From: a virus
Strand: one strand, 5' to 3'
Length of the DNA stretch: 64,000 nt
IMG/VR virus record: IMGVR_UViG_3300033402_000312
A program made the position numbers and the translations under genes. The notes under the pieces were generated by a model. It made no database searches and was not told where the DNA came from. It worked only from the letters and a program-made list of their open reading frames with translations. Positions 53,094-62,378 of this stretch are shown here, piece after piece. How positions within the stretch are numbered: position 1 is the stretch's first letter; every line of letters starts with the position of its first letter.

Positions 53094-54011
53094 ATGCCCC
53101 GCGCAGCAAAGGCGAAAGAGCCTACGCCCCTTTCCGTCCCCGACCCGAATCCGTGCATCAAGCGCTGGGTCATCCTTGGTCTTGACCCATCCGTGTCGCG
53201 GACCGGGTTCGCGCTGCTCGACGTCCGCCCTGCCCTCGCCCGTACGCCCGAGGAAAGCCCCTGCTCCGATGCGATCTGGCTCGCGGCGGGTTCCGCCAAG
53301 CCTGACAAGATCGACGATCCTCTGCTCGACGCACGCTCCACGGTGTGGATTCGCGCCAAAGCGGTCGCGTTGTACCTCCGGGAGGTGGTCAAGTCCGTCG
53401 CCCCCCCAAAGGAGAACGCAGACCCGGCGTCGATGGGCGCTGGGAAACTGGACGGAGGGATGCTCAAAAATTCCGACGTCGGTCTCATCATTTCAATGGA
53501 GTACCCGACACCCCAAAACGATTACCTTTGGTCGATAAACAGGATCATCAACCTTGTCGTGTTCGACGACAGCGAAGTCACCGAAACGTTCGGCGAAGTC
53601 AGGATCATGCTGACCAATGCGAGCACGCTGCGCTCGCTGATGGGGCTGACGCAGAGAGGCAATACGAACAAGGGCGAGAACATTGTCAAGGCGTACGAGT
53701 TTATCGACAGGTCGCGGTTTCCGCAGCTTGATTCCGACGCCTGTGACGCGATCCTCCTGTGCATGATGGCACGGCATGCGGCCTCTGTCATGCTGGGCAC
53801 CAAGGAGGAGGTGCCGGGGCGCTTCATGAACACCTTGTGCAACGCCATGCGGGAAACCAAGGGGAAGGGCCGCAACGCCCGCGTCCGCACCAAGGGACTG
53901 CTGCACCGGACGGAATACTGGTACAGGTACGAACGCCGGAGCTACGCTGTCGCTGTCAAGGATGCGTCGAACCCCAAGAAAAACCTAAGTCGCGTCAATT
54001 TCAGTATCTAA
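53094..54011 (+). CDS. RuvC-like Holliday junction resolvase
   Basis: N-terminal ILGLDPSVSRTGFALLD resembles RuvC ILGIDPG..TG.A. The later DACDAILLCMM resembles the RuvC aDAlAiAl helix. Confidence 0.55.
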   Translation: MPRAAKAKEPTPLSVPDPNPCIKRWVILGLDPSVSRTGFALLDVRPALARTPEESPCSDAIWLAAGSAKPDKIDDPLLDARSTVWIRAKAVALYLREVVKSVAPPKENADPASMGAGKLDGGMLKNSDVGLIISMEYPTPQNDYLWSINRIINLVVFDDSEVTETFGEVRIMLTNASTLRSLMGLTQRGNTNKGENIVKAYEFIDRSRFPQLDSDACDAILLCMMARHAASVMLGTKEEVPGRFMNTLCNAMRETKGKGRNARVRTKGLLHRTEYWYRYERRSYAVAVKDASNPKKNLSRVNFSI

Positions 54012-54067
54012 GTAGAGAGTCGCAAGCCACGACCCAAGGGTCACAAGGCACTGACTCTGGAGAATGC

Positions 54068-55345
54068 ATGCCAAAAGCCACGCAGAAGTCTGCCTCGTCG
54101 TCCACCAGGGATTTGACGGTCGCGCAGCGCAGGGAGTTGTTCCTTTCTTCCCGCAAGGAAGAGAAGCCGGATTACCAAGTTCTCACAGCCGATTTTGTGG
54201 ACGATCTCGTCCCGTACGGCCTGATCACGTTCGACTACGTGCTCGGGCTGGGCGGCATCAAGCGCCACGGGTTCGTGTCCCAGGTGCACGGCGACGAGGG
54301 CGTCGGCAAATCCACGCTGGCTTACCAAATCGCCGCGAACTACCAGCAGTACACAGGCGAGCCGCTGGGCGTGTTCGACTTCGAGGGCACCGGCACCCCC
54401 GCCTATATCGAAAAGATCGGCTGCGACACGGAAATGGTGAAGTTCATCCAACCGGACTGCATGGAAGACGCGGTGAACGACACGCTCGACCTGATCGACC
54501 AAGGCTGCCGCTTCTTTATCTACGACTCGATCCCATGGATCAACATGCTGGTGGACCGCAAGGACATCAAGAGCGGCAAGGCGTTCAAAGCCAACTATGG
54601 CAAGCACGCGCAAACCATGGACAAGTTCTTCAAGACTCTGCATCCTTACATCAAGCGTGCTGACGGCCACATGCTCATGGTCAACCAGACCCGCTCCCGC
54701 ATCGACGACTCGACGGAGGCGAAGTGGGCAAACGATTACAGCTATACCAACAGGACTTACGTGCTGCCGGGCGGTCGCATCTGCCGCTTCACGCCGTCCA
54801 CGATGATTGAGATGCGCATGGTCAAGGAGGTTAAGCCGTTCGACCCCGGCAAAACGGGCGACGGGCCGGACAAAGACCCGTGGATCATCGAGCCAGCCAC
54901 CCCGGCTACCGAAGGTCACCCGTGCGTCAACCGCGTGCGCGTGCGTTCGCTCAAGAACAAGGTCACCGGGGCTGGGTTCCGCGAGGGGTTCATCTGGGTC
55001 CGTCCGGCGACGCACCCGACGCCGGGCATCGACAACCTTATGAGCGTCCGCGAGCTTGCCCGCGAATACGGGCTGATCGCTAACAAGGGCGCGAAGTGGT
55101 ACGTCGGCAAGTCGTTCGACGACGCCATCGCGACGTACCCGAACAAGGACGCGGGCGTTGAGGATTTGGTTGTGAACCGCAACCCTGAGGTGCATGCCAA
55201 GCTGAATGCGCTTCTCGCCAAGGAGATCGCGGCGGACACGACAGGCAGGTTCGCGACGGTCGTCACCAAGGAAGAAATCGACATGATCGAAGGCGACGAC
55301 TTGGCTCTGGTCGGGAAGGGGTTCGACACCGAGGAGGCTGAGTAG
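54068..55345 (+). CDS. RecA/UvsX-like recombinase
   Basis: GLITFDYVLGLGGIKRHGFVSQVHGDEGVGKSTLAYQIAAN is a RecA Walker A region. Internal ATG of track ORF 53759-55345 with a GGAG RBS. Confidence 0.8.
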   Translation: MPKATQKSASSSTRDLTVAQRRELFLSSRKEEKPDYQVLTADFVDDLVPYGLITFDYVLGLGGIKRHGFVSQVHGDEGVGKSTLAYQIAANYQQYTGEPLGVFDFEGTGTPAYIEKIGCDTEMVKFIQPDCMEDAVNDTLDLIDQGCRFFIYDSIPWINMLVDRKDIKSGKAFKANYGKHAQTMDKFFKTLHPYIKRADGHMLMVNQTRSRIDDSTEAKWANDYSYTNRTYVLPGGRICRFTPSTMIEMRMVKEVKPFDPGKTGDGPDKDPWIIEPATPATEGHPCVNRVRVRSLKNKVTGAGFREGFIWVRPATHPTPGIDNLMSVRELAREYGLIANKGAKWYVGKSFDDAIATYPNKDAGVEDLVVNRNPEVHAKLNALLAKEIAADTTGRFATVVTKEEIDMIEGDDLALVGKGFDTEEAE

Positions 55346-55346
55346 C

Positions 55347-55544
55347 TTGATGAAGACCCAACTGCTGTGCCCAAACTGTAAAGGCAAAGGTCACGTGTTC
55401 AATCCCGTGGACGCTATTTGTATGACAATCCTAGGTCCTTTACTCTCTTTGGTGGAGAGAAACAACGCCAACGGTCTGACAAGAGAGCAATGTCCCGTTT
55501 GCGGGGGCAACGGCATTATCACATTGGAGAGATGGGATGGCTAA
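55347..55544 (+). CDS. small zinc-ribbon protein
   Basis: CPNCKGKG..CPVCGGNG. Confidence 0.4.
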   Translation: MMKTQLLCPNCKGKGHVFNPVDAICMTILGPLLSLVERNNANGLTREQCPVCGGNGIITLERWDG

Positions 55545-55737
55545 GACTTTCCAGTTCGCGGCGCGTAAGGGCGACGCGATAAAGCTTTTCGAGACGGAAG
55601 AAGAAGCCTTCAAGTATGCCGATGAGAACACCGCCGTCGCGAGGTACTCCACAACCAACGGTCGGGACTTCGACTTCGTCGAGATCGCGGGCATCAAGAC
55701 CGACGCCGGGATTGTCACAAGAATTCTGGAATCATGA
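55537..55737 (+). CDS. small hypothetical protein
   Basis: 66 aa, overlapping neighbours. Confidence 0.35.
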   Translation: MAKTFQFAARKGDAIKLFETEEEAFKYADENTAVARYSTTNGRDFDFVEIAGIKTDAGIVTRILES

Positions 55738-56006
55738 GCGGCCGATGTTGCGAGTCATTGGCCTTAACGCTTGCGGGGATTGTTGGTAAGCATTGCAGCG
55801 CGGTCTTGGCGACCGATATTCTGGTACGCGACGGTTTCCTAACCGAAGAACCGGGCGGGAATTATGCAGCAAACCTCATCACGGTGAAAGAGGCTTGCCG
55901 CAGATACATCGAGGCGAAAAGTGATGCCCCCAACCAAGAATGCTCGAACGCCATTGTAGTTAGCTACTTCGCTTACCTCGAAGACGTCACACGCAATCTC
56001 AACTGA
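55734..56006 (+). CDS. small hypothetical protein
   Basis: 90 aa. Confidence 0.35.
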   Translation: MSGRCCESLALTLAGIVGKHCSAVLATDILVRDGFLTEEPGGNYAANLITVKEACRRYIEAKSDAPNQECSNAIVVSYFAYLEDVTRNLN

Positions 56007-56023
56007 ATCAGTATTAGTCCTTC

Positions 56024-57301
56024 GTGCGGCTTTCCGGCAAAAACTTCCAAAGCTGGGCCGAGTTTGACGCGGAGATCGACGGGCTAACCGTGGTCACTGG
56101 GCCGTCGGACGTCGGCAAAAGCGCCTTGTTCCGCGCCTTGAAGGGCGTTCTGCGTAACGAGCTACCCGTCGAATGGGTGCGCAACGGTCAGGACGAGCCA
56201 ATGGGGGTGACCGTCGAAGTCGGCAGCCACAGGATTTCCGCCGAGCGCAAACGCAAAGGATCAACCACATACGTCATCGATGGGCAGGACTTCGCCAAGC
56301 TTGACAAGGCGGTCCCGGAGCAAATCAAAGACTTGAAGTTCGGGGAGGTCGTCATCGGCGACTTCGACTTCGACCCGATCTTCGGCAGGCAGAACAGCGC
56401 TCAGTTCCTCATCGACCCGCTGACCTACAAACCGACCGAGGTGAACGCGATCCTCGGAGCGTTCGGCGGCACGGAGAAATTAGAACATGGAAAGAAGGAA
56501 GCCAATCTTCGCAAGACGCAGAAAGACACGGAAGCCCGCGCCATTGCCGCGCAAATCCGCGACGCCGAAGAGCGCCGCGCCAAGCTCACCAGCATGCAGC
56601 TTGCCGGTGACCAAACAGCCTGCGCCCTGATAGACCTTGAGAGGGACATTCGCGGACTAGAATCCGGGGCCCACTGGCTTGCCGAGGCTGCCCGGTATCG
56701 TCAGGAAATCGTCAGGTATCGTCAGATTTTGGACGCTTTCGTCCTGCCCGACATCGCGGGGCTGGAGCAGGAATACCGGCTGGCACGCTTTGCGGAGCAG
56801 GCAGCGGAGTCCAACGCCTACGCCAGATGGCTTGCCAAGCCCGTTGCGATGCTTTCCAGCGCCTCGGCGTTCTGGGACGACATCGGACGCCTGCGGTACG
56901 AGATCGCGGCTTTGGAAAGCGCCCAGAAGGCGGGGGAATACGCAAGCTGGCTCCACGATACGTCGCTACAGCTTCAAGCCGTCCCGATGGTCTGGGTTGA
57001 GGTCAGGCGTGTCTGGAACGAGATCGTAGCCTTGGAAATCGCCGTGGAAGCGGGAAGCCATGTCGTGTCCACGGACAAGCTTAAGTCGTCCCTTTCGGGT
57101 GTTGACGCGACCTTTAACGGGGCAGCCTTGCTCTGGAACAGTATTAGGCGGCTGGAAGCCCTCAGTGCGCTGCTGGGGGAACTCAAGGGTTCGGCAGAGA
57201 AACTCTCCGGGGTCGAAGCGGAACTCTCAGCGGCGCAGGCTGAGCTTCAGAAGGGGCTTTGCCCGAAGTGCGGCAGGCCCTTGGCGCACCAGTGCGTATG
57301 A
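56024..57301 (+). CDS. SbcC/Rad50-like ATPase, N-terminal half plus coiled coil ending in a CxxC zinc-hook-like motif
   Basis: GTG start. RLSGKNFQSWAEFDAEIDGLTVVTGPSDVGKSALFRAL is the SMC/SbcC N-terminal Walker A. A long coiled coil ends in LCPKCGRPLAHQC. No C-terminal ATPase lobe. Confidence 0.6.
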   Translation: MRLSGKNFQSWAEFDAEIDGLTVVTGPSDVGKSALFRALKGVLRNELPVEWVRNGQDEPMGVTVEVGSHRISAERKRKGSTTYVIDGQDFAKLDKAVPEQIKDLKFGEVVIGDFDFDPIFGRQNSAQFLIDPLTYKPTEVNAILGAFGGTEKLEHGKKEANLRKTQKDTEARAIAAQIRDAEERRAKLTSMQLAGDQTACALIDLERDIRGLESGAHWLAEAARYRQEIVRYRQILDAFVLPDIAGLEQEYRLARFAEQAAESNAYARWLAKPVAMLSSASAFWDDIGRLRYEIAALESAQKAGEYASWLHDTSLQLQAVPMVWVEVRRVWNEIVALEIAVEAGSHVVSTDKLKSSLSGVDATFNGAALLWNSIRRLEALSALLGELKGSAEKLSGVEAELSAAQAELQKGLCPKCGRPLAHQCV

Positions 57302-57308
57302 GACATGC

Positions 57309-57548
57309 TTGCAATGCCAAGTCACTGACACTTACGCTGCGGTAATTTGGCCGTTCTTTAGCGAAGGTGCTTGGAGTAGCAAGTTGCCGTGCGGAGAACC
57401 AGCCGTGGATTTTCATAGTGAAGCGGATTTTCACGGTAATATACGTCGGGTCTACTTGTGCGCAAGGCACTGGGATGAGTACCAACGATGGTTGTGGAAA
57501 AAGCTGAATGAGCATCAACGGGAGTTGTGGAAGGAAATAAATGCCTGA
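57309..57548 (+). CDS. small protein with CARHWD motif (paralog of 38888-39061); TTG start inferred
   Basis: ..LPCGEPAVDFHSEADFHGNIRRVYLCARHWDEYQRWLWKKL.. Confidence 0.3.
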   Translation: MQCQVTDTYAAVIWPFFSEGAWSSKLPCGEPAVDFHSEADFHGNIRRVYLCARHWDEYQRWLWKKLNEHQRELWKEINA

Positions 57549-57840
57549 AGTCACGCAGGAAACGCTGAAGGAAATCCAAGCCCGAGTCAAAAAGCTCCAA
57601 GGCACCCGCGACGAGATCATCGGGACTTTCAAGGTTCAGGAGTCGAAAAGGGACGAGGCTTATGATAAGCTAAGAGAGTTGGGGATCGAGAACCCGGAGA
57701 AAATGTCCTCCAAGGAACTCCAGGCCCTAGCCGACCAGAAGCGGACCGAGCTTGCGGAAAAGATCGCCGCCCTTATCGAGCAGCTTGCGCAGGGTGAAAA
57801 GTTGATCGAGCAATACCGGGAATTACAACAGGAGAATTGA
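57541..57840 (+). CDS. coiled-coil protein
   Basis: 99 aa, heptad-rich. Confidence 0.45.
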   Translation: MPEVTQETLKEIQARVKKLQGTRDEIIGTFKVQESKRDEAYDKLRELGIENPEKMSSKELQALADQKRTELAEKIAALIEQLAQGEKLIEQYRELQQEN

Positions 57841-57841
57841 C

Positions 57842-58465
57842 ATGCCAACAGCAACAGTCCCAATGTCCCACCCAGCCGTGGCCGGGAAGAACCCAGACGG
57901 CACGTGGTCTGTTCGCATCCAGCACACCGTCGAGGGTTCTGTCACCACGGTGGATTTCACGAACACGCTCTTCGCCGAGGTTCTGGCGAAAGCCTACGCC
58001 GACATGCTGAACGGCAAGGCTGTCTTCGAAGCGGGAATCGGCAAGCTTGCATCCAATCTCGGACCAACAATCGCCGACGCCAAGGCGGACGTGATAGATG
58101 TAATCGTGGACGCGGAAAACGAAGCCAAAAAGCTCATTAACGCGGCGAAGATTGAAGCCGGGAAGATCGAGGCCGACGCCGTCGCGCTGGGCAAGTCCGC
58201 CTCGGCGGAAGCGGAGACGCTGAAGACCGAAGCGGCGAAACTTTTGGATGCCGCGAAGACTGAAGCCGAGAAGCTCCTGAGCGAAGCCCGCGCCGAGGCC
58301 GCCAAGCTTCTGCATGCGGCAGCCGCGAAAGTCCAGCCGCCTCCGGCAACCCCGGCTGAGACACCGAAGCCGACGACAGCATCTGTGAAAGTTCAACCGC
58401 CCCCGACGCCCCCGGCTGAAACACCGAAGCCAGCGGCCCCAAAGACGGTCGTCGAGGACGAGTGA
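57842..58465 (+). CDS. coiled-coil protein with tandem Pro-rich C-terminal repeats
   Basis: KVQPPPATPAETPKPTTAS / KVQPPPTPPAETPKPAAP repeat. Confidence 0.45.
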   Translation: MPTATVPMSHPAVAGKNPDGTWSVRIQHTVEGSVTTVDFTNTLFAEVLAKAYADMLNGKAVFEAGIGKLASNLGPTIADAKADVIDVIVDAENEAKKLINAAKIEAGKIEADAVALGKSASAEAETLKTEAAKLLDAAKTEAEKLLSEARAEAAKLLHAAAAKVQPPPATPAETPKPTTASVKVQPPPTPPAETPKPAAPKTVVEDE

Positions 58466-58659
58466 CAAGTTCGCGGTGCGGCGTGGATGGCGACACGCAC
58501 CCTTAATGAAGCAGGGTTAATAGACGACGGTGGTTTTCGGTTACTGTAGGAACCGTGGCCGTAGACCCTGCACGGCACCCGAGTTCGAATCCGGGCACCG
58601 CGATTTCCAAGTTTTTCCTGCAAATTCCAGTATTCCATTGGGTGGAATACTTCGGGAAA

Positions 58660-59067
58660 ATGGTTTACCTGGCTTCTCCGTACACGCATACCGACAAGAG
58701 CGTGCGGGCGAGCCGTTTTCTTGCAGTGATAAAAGCCTGCGGGTGGCTGATGACCAACGCCTCCCATGTACAGATGTTCTATTCCCCCATCGCCCACACG
58801 CATCCCATCGCCGAAATTTGTGTCTTGCCGGGAAATTGGGAGTTCTGGGAAGCCTGCGACAAGGCTATGCTTTCGCGCTGCTCCGAGATTTGGGTGTTCT
58901 GTCTTTCTGGTTGGACTAAGTCTACTGGCGTGAATGCGGAGCGGAAGATCGCCACAGAATACGGGCTGCCGTGCAAGTTCGTGATCCCGCAGCCGGACGG
59001 CTCTTACGTAATCTCTAATACGGAGCCAGAAGATGCCGAACTCGAAATGCCCGCAGCAGCAGTCTGA
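58660..59067 (+). CDS. DUF1937-like protein (nucleoside 2-deoxyribosyltransferase-like fold)
   Basis: MVYLASPYTHTDKSVRASRF..SPIAHTHPIA matches the DUF1937 start (M.IYLASPYSH..). Confidence 0.5.
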   Translation: MVYLASPYTHTDKSVRASRFLAVIKACGWLMTNASHVQMFYSPIAHTHPIAEICVLPGNWEFWEACDKAMLSRCSEIWVFCLSGWTKSTGVNAERKIATEYGLPCKFVIPQPDGSYVISNTEPEDAELEMPAAAV

Positions 59068-59111
59068 CGAGCGCTGCGTACATCGGTTAAACCTGCGTAT
59101 TAGTCATCAAA

Positions 59112-60119
59112 ATGAAGATAAAGCTCGATGACCCCAAGGACCGAGTCAATTTGGTCTGGACGACGGACTGGCACTTCAGCGACATCCCGCCCGGCCGCCG
59201 GAGGGACGACTACCGCCTAGCCCTGCTTGACAAGCTCGCGTTCGTGCGCGGGCTTGCGGAGAAGCTCCATGGGGCGGCGCTTTGCGGCGGCGACGTGTTC
59301 CACCACAAGAAGCCCCACCATTTCGGCAACAGCCTGCGCCTCATCATCGAGCTTATCGGGTCGCTTCGGCGTTTCCCGCAGGAGAAGGTCTTCGGGGCGG
59401 TCGGCAACCACGACATTTCGTTCGACCGCATGGACTCCCTGCCCCGCCAGCCGCTGGGCTTGCTCATTGAGGTGGGCGCGTACCATGACCTGAACCGGGA
59501 GCCGGTGGTCTTCGTCAACCAAGGCGAAAGCGCGAGGGTTTCAGTTGAAACCTTCCCTTATGCCGAGGGGGAGGAGACCCTCCAGAACATCCTGAACGCG
59601 GGGCCCCGCATGCCCGGCGTAACCCATAGGATCGGCATTGTCCACGCCTACGGGCACCCCGGCAACGCGGCAGATATGTTCGGGACGCGCACCATAGGAT
59701 ACAATGAGCTTGGGGGCAACGATTTCGACATCCTGCTCTGGGGGCACGACCATTCCCGCCACGGGGTTGACGAGGCCGGCAAGACGACGCATGTCAACCT
59801 CGGCAGCATGGCGCGGGCGGCTTTCCAGTACGACGAGCTTGACCGCCCCGTGGTGGCAGCCGTCCTGTCCTTCCAGCCGGACGGAAGCTGGCAGTACGGC
59901 GAGAAGCCGATCCCGGTCAAGCCGCTTGAGCAGGTCTTCGCGGCGGCCGACAAGGGCGTCGAGCAAGTCTCCAAGTCCGAGGAGATCATGTCCTTCTTCG
60001 CGGGGATGGACGAGGCTGTTTCGGGGATCGAGGTCAGCGACCCCCGCGCTGTCATCCACGAGCTATGCGGCGGCGACAAAAAACTGGAAGAGCTAGTCTT
60101 GGAGGTTTGCGACCTGTGA
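59112..60119 (+). CDS. Mre11/SbcD-like nuclease (metallophosphoesterase)
   Basis: TTDWHF, GDVFH, GNHD, HAYGHPG and GHDH motifs. Confidence 0.75.
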   Translation: MKIKLDDPKDRVNLVWTTDWHFSDIPPGRRRDDYRLALLDKLAFVRGLAEKLHGAALCGGDVFHHKKPHHFGNSLRLIIELIGSLRRFPQEKVFGAVGNHDISFDRMDSLPRQPLGLLIEVGAYHDLNREPVVFVNQGESARVSVETFPYAEGEETLQNILNAGPRMPGVTHRIGIVHAYGHPGNAADMFGTRTIGYNELGGNDFDILLWGHDHSRHGVDEAGKTTHVNLGSMARAAFQYDELDRPVVAAVLSFQPDGSWQYGEKPIPVKPLEQVFAAADKGVEQVSKSEEIMSFFAGMDEAVSGIEVSDPRAVIHELCGGDKKLEELVLEVCDL

Positions 60120-60364
60120 GCGAGCAGCCTTGTAAGACGGACGATTTTATTAGTGTTTTTTGCTACTCGTGCAAGGAGTGGCTTTACGTAGAGAAGTTAC
60201 TTACGCCGGAGGAAGTCTTTCAGAATCCAGATATAAAGCAGGTAGACCTGATTCACAAAATAAAATTTTGCCCGTTATGCGGAGGCAAAGATGTTTACAC
60301 GCAGCCTAAATCAGATGAGGTCTTGGAGCCTCTGAACAGCCTAGACGGGGAATATGGAAGATAA
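60116..60364 (+). CDS. small zinc-ribbon protein (GTG start overlapping upstream stop)
   Basis: CYSCKEW..CPLCGG. Low-GC. Confidence 0.4.
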   Translation: MSEQPCKTDDFISVFCYSCKEWLYVEKLLTPEEVFQNPDIKQVDLIHKIKFCPLCGGKDVYTQPKSDEVLEPLNSLDGEYGR

Positions 60365-60686
60365 CTTGAAAGGCGAATACCAACATGGCATCTGGTGCTC
60401 CGGCAGCAGGCAGCATCCCCGCGTGCCGGGTCATTCCTGCTCCTGCCACTCCTGCGACCTGTTCTACAACCGCCTCGACGTCCTGCGGCACGACGGAGAC
60501 CAAATTAAGCGCACCATCCGGGTGGCTATGTGCCCTGGCTGCCACAAGCGCACCGAGTTCCCGTTTACCAGCGAGTACCTCCCGAAGGAGGTTCTCTGCA
60601 TTGAGTGCAGCGTGTGGGCACCAGTTGAGGAATTCTCTTGGGACGGCAAGGACTTCGCTAAGCTCCTGCCTGAGTTTGAACGGTGA
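60354..60686 (+). CDS. Cys-rich hypothetical protein
   Basis: Multiple CxxC pairs: CSCHSC, CPGCH, CIEC. Confidence 0.45.
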   Translation: MEDNLKGEYQHGIWCSGSRQHPRVPGHSCSCHSCDLFYNRLDVLRHDGDQIKRTIRVAMCPGCHKRTEFPFTSEYLPKEVLCIECSVWAPVEEFSWDGKDFAKLLPEFER

Positions 60687-60844
60687 AAATCCATTTTGCT
60701 CTACTCTGGTTCTCGTTGGCGGCGGTTTCGTTTGTCTTCTGGAAGCAGACCGGGGATTTGTGGTGGGTGCTCGCGGCTTCCGCGTTCAGCGTTGCCTCGA
60801 TCAGGGAGACCCTGCTGCTGATGAAAGGGATGAAACGACAATGA
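60683..60844 (+). CDS. small membrane peptide (GTG start)
   Basis: MKIHFALLWFSLAAVSFVFWKQTGDLWWVLAASAFSVASI.. Start and stop are coupled to neighbours (GTGA, ATGA). Confidence 0.3.
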   Translation: MKIHFALLWFSLAAVSFVFWKQTGDLWWVLAASAFSVASIRETLLLMKGMKRQ

Positions 60845-61059
60845 GCCGTGCGGGAGAAACGGAGGGATGGAGCAAGCTCGAAAAGCGGGTTTATAAGCTG
60901 CTTCGGCGTGTGCTCTACGCCTATATCGGCATCCGCGACTACGAACATCGCACCGGCGGCGTCTACAAGCTTAACGACAGCACCCACAATCCCAATCTCC
61001 ACATTGAGGCGCTCCTAGCGCTCTACGAACTGAAGCTGATCCTCCGGGGACGTTCTTGA
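60841..61059 (+). CDS. small hypothetical protein
   Basis: 72 aa, overlapping the previous stop. Confidence 0.35.
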   Translation: MSRAGETEGWSKLEKRVYKLLRRVLYAYIGIRDYEHRTGGVYKLNDSTHNPNLHIEALLALYELKLILRGRS

Positions 61060-61100
61060 CACCGCCTCGTCCCCACCGTACCCTTGTATACAACAGTTAA

Positions 61101-61448
61101 ATGACGGCGACCCCAAAAGCGGCACCCGATAGAATCTACCTGTTCTGCTATGGCACCTTGAGGCGCGGCGAGCCGGGCCACGAACTGATGTCCAACGCAA
61201 CCTTTGTCGGCACGGTCATGAAGACCAACCTCCGCTGGATCGGGGAAGCCGAGTATCCTTCCTGCATCGAGACCTCCGATGCAACCGACTTCGTGGTGGG
61301 GGAAATATGGGACATCTCCGTGTCCGACCTCCCGATTATCAACGAGTACGAAGGCGATAACTACAGGCTTGTGAAGCTGCGGGACTCCAACCTGTACGCT
61401 TACCTCCTAAAAGAGGACAACGCCGACAAGTACGTTGAAATAATCTAA
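61101..61448 (+). CDS. gamma-glutamyl cyclotransferase (GGCT/AIG2-like)
   Basis: IYLFCYGTLRRGEPGHELM..IGEAEYP..VVGEIWDIS..INEYEGDNYR fits the AIG2/GGCT pattern. Confidence 0.7.
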   Translation: MTATPKAAPDRIYLFCYGTLRRGEPGHELMSNATFVGTVMKTNLRWIGEAEYPSCIETSDATDFVVGEIWDISVSDLPIINEYEGDNYRLVKLRDSNLYAYLLKEDNADKYVEII

Positions 61449-61451
61449 GCC

Positions 61452-61760
61452 ATGCAAAGCCTGTCATCCCCGCCGAGCTTGACATTTCCGTTCCGGCTAG
61501 CAGACGGAACAGACTCCCGCTTGGTCGCTAAAGAGTTGTCCCAAATGCAAAACGAGGTCAGCGGCTGGTGGGGGCGGGCTGTGGACTATAGCCTTGATGC
61601 TGAGATAAGCATGACCCTCGAAAAGTGGCGGCAAAGGCTTGACCCGCTTGTGCCCGGCATTCAGTTCACAAAAACGTTCGAGGGCGGCTGGCTGCGAATC
61701 ATCGGCTACGTCGCCGCCCCACGATACGTGTTGGTTATCCGATCCAAGCTGCCTTTTTAA
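61452..61760 (+). CDS. hypothetical protein
   Basis: 102 aa. Confidence 0.4.
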   Translation: MQSLSSPPSLTFPFRLADGTDSRLVAKELSQMQNEVSGWWGRAVDYSLDAEISMTLEKWRQRLDPLVPGIQFTKTFEGGWLRIIGYVAAPRYVLVIRSKLPF

Positions 61761-62284
61761 TTCTGAGCGTACCTGTCGAAATCGGGCCCGAGACCTGCAC
61801 GGATGGCGAAGTCATGGAGTTGCTGGGAAGAAACCGGGGACGAGATAGACGGCGTGCCAAGGGTCGTGCCTCCAAGCTCGCTTTCGATGATGTCCACAGC
61901 GGCGATGACTGCTGCTACGATAAGCTGCACCTTGGCTTGCGTCGCCGGGCTAAGCAGGCGTAGCTCAGCAAGCTCGGTTGGGCTGGTCAACCCCCCGGCA
62001 AACGCGTTGAAGCAGGTCAGGAAGGCCGACTTGGTGCCGGTCGGTGCAGCGGCGATGCATGTGTTAAGCTGCGTATGCAGCGTGAGGCCTAGATTGACGA
62101 AGTTGTTGTAGATGGCCTGATCCGGGGCAGGCACAATGCCCGCGTCGGCTTGTGCAACAGCCAGGATCGTGCCGAGCACATTCGAGGTGTTTTGTGCGTC
62201 ATGTAGATAGTTGCACCCGGCGAGCGACAGCGACATCGCCACGACAAGGATTAAACTTAGGGCAGACGACAGTTTGCGAATCAT
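61757..62284 (-). CDS. lipoprotein of unknown function (minus-strand moron)
   Basis: Signal peptide with lipobox LAGC. Ala/Thr-rich helical protein. Opposite strand to all neighbours. Confidence 0.55.
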   Translation of the reverse strand: MIRKLSSALSLILVVAMSLSLAGCNYLHDAQNTSNVLGTILAVAQADAGIVPAPDQAIYNNFVNLGLTLHTQLNTCIAAAPTGTKSAFLTCFNAFAGGLTSPTELAELRLLSPATQAKVQLIVAAVIAAVDIIESELGGTTLGTPSISSPVSSQQLHDFAIRAGLGPDFDRYAQN

Positions 62285-62378
62285 GGATGCTCCTCCTGAT
62301 ACATAATACTGAAAGACAAATTTTTCGCAGATTTTCCAGGCTTCTAGGCCAGAGCCGTTTCTTTGGTATCATTGGGAA

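Noticed and set aside
54041-55387. Minus-strand 448-aa ORF antisense to the RecA-like gene
   Set aside because: Shadow frame. The plus strand encodes a clear RecA Walker A protein.
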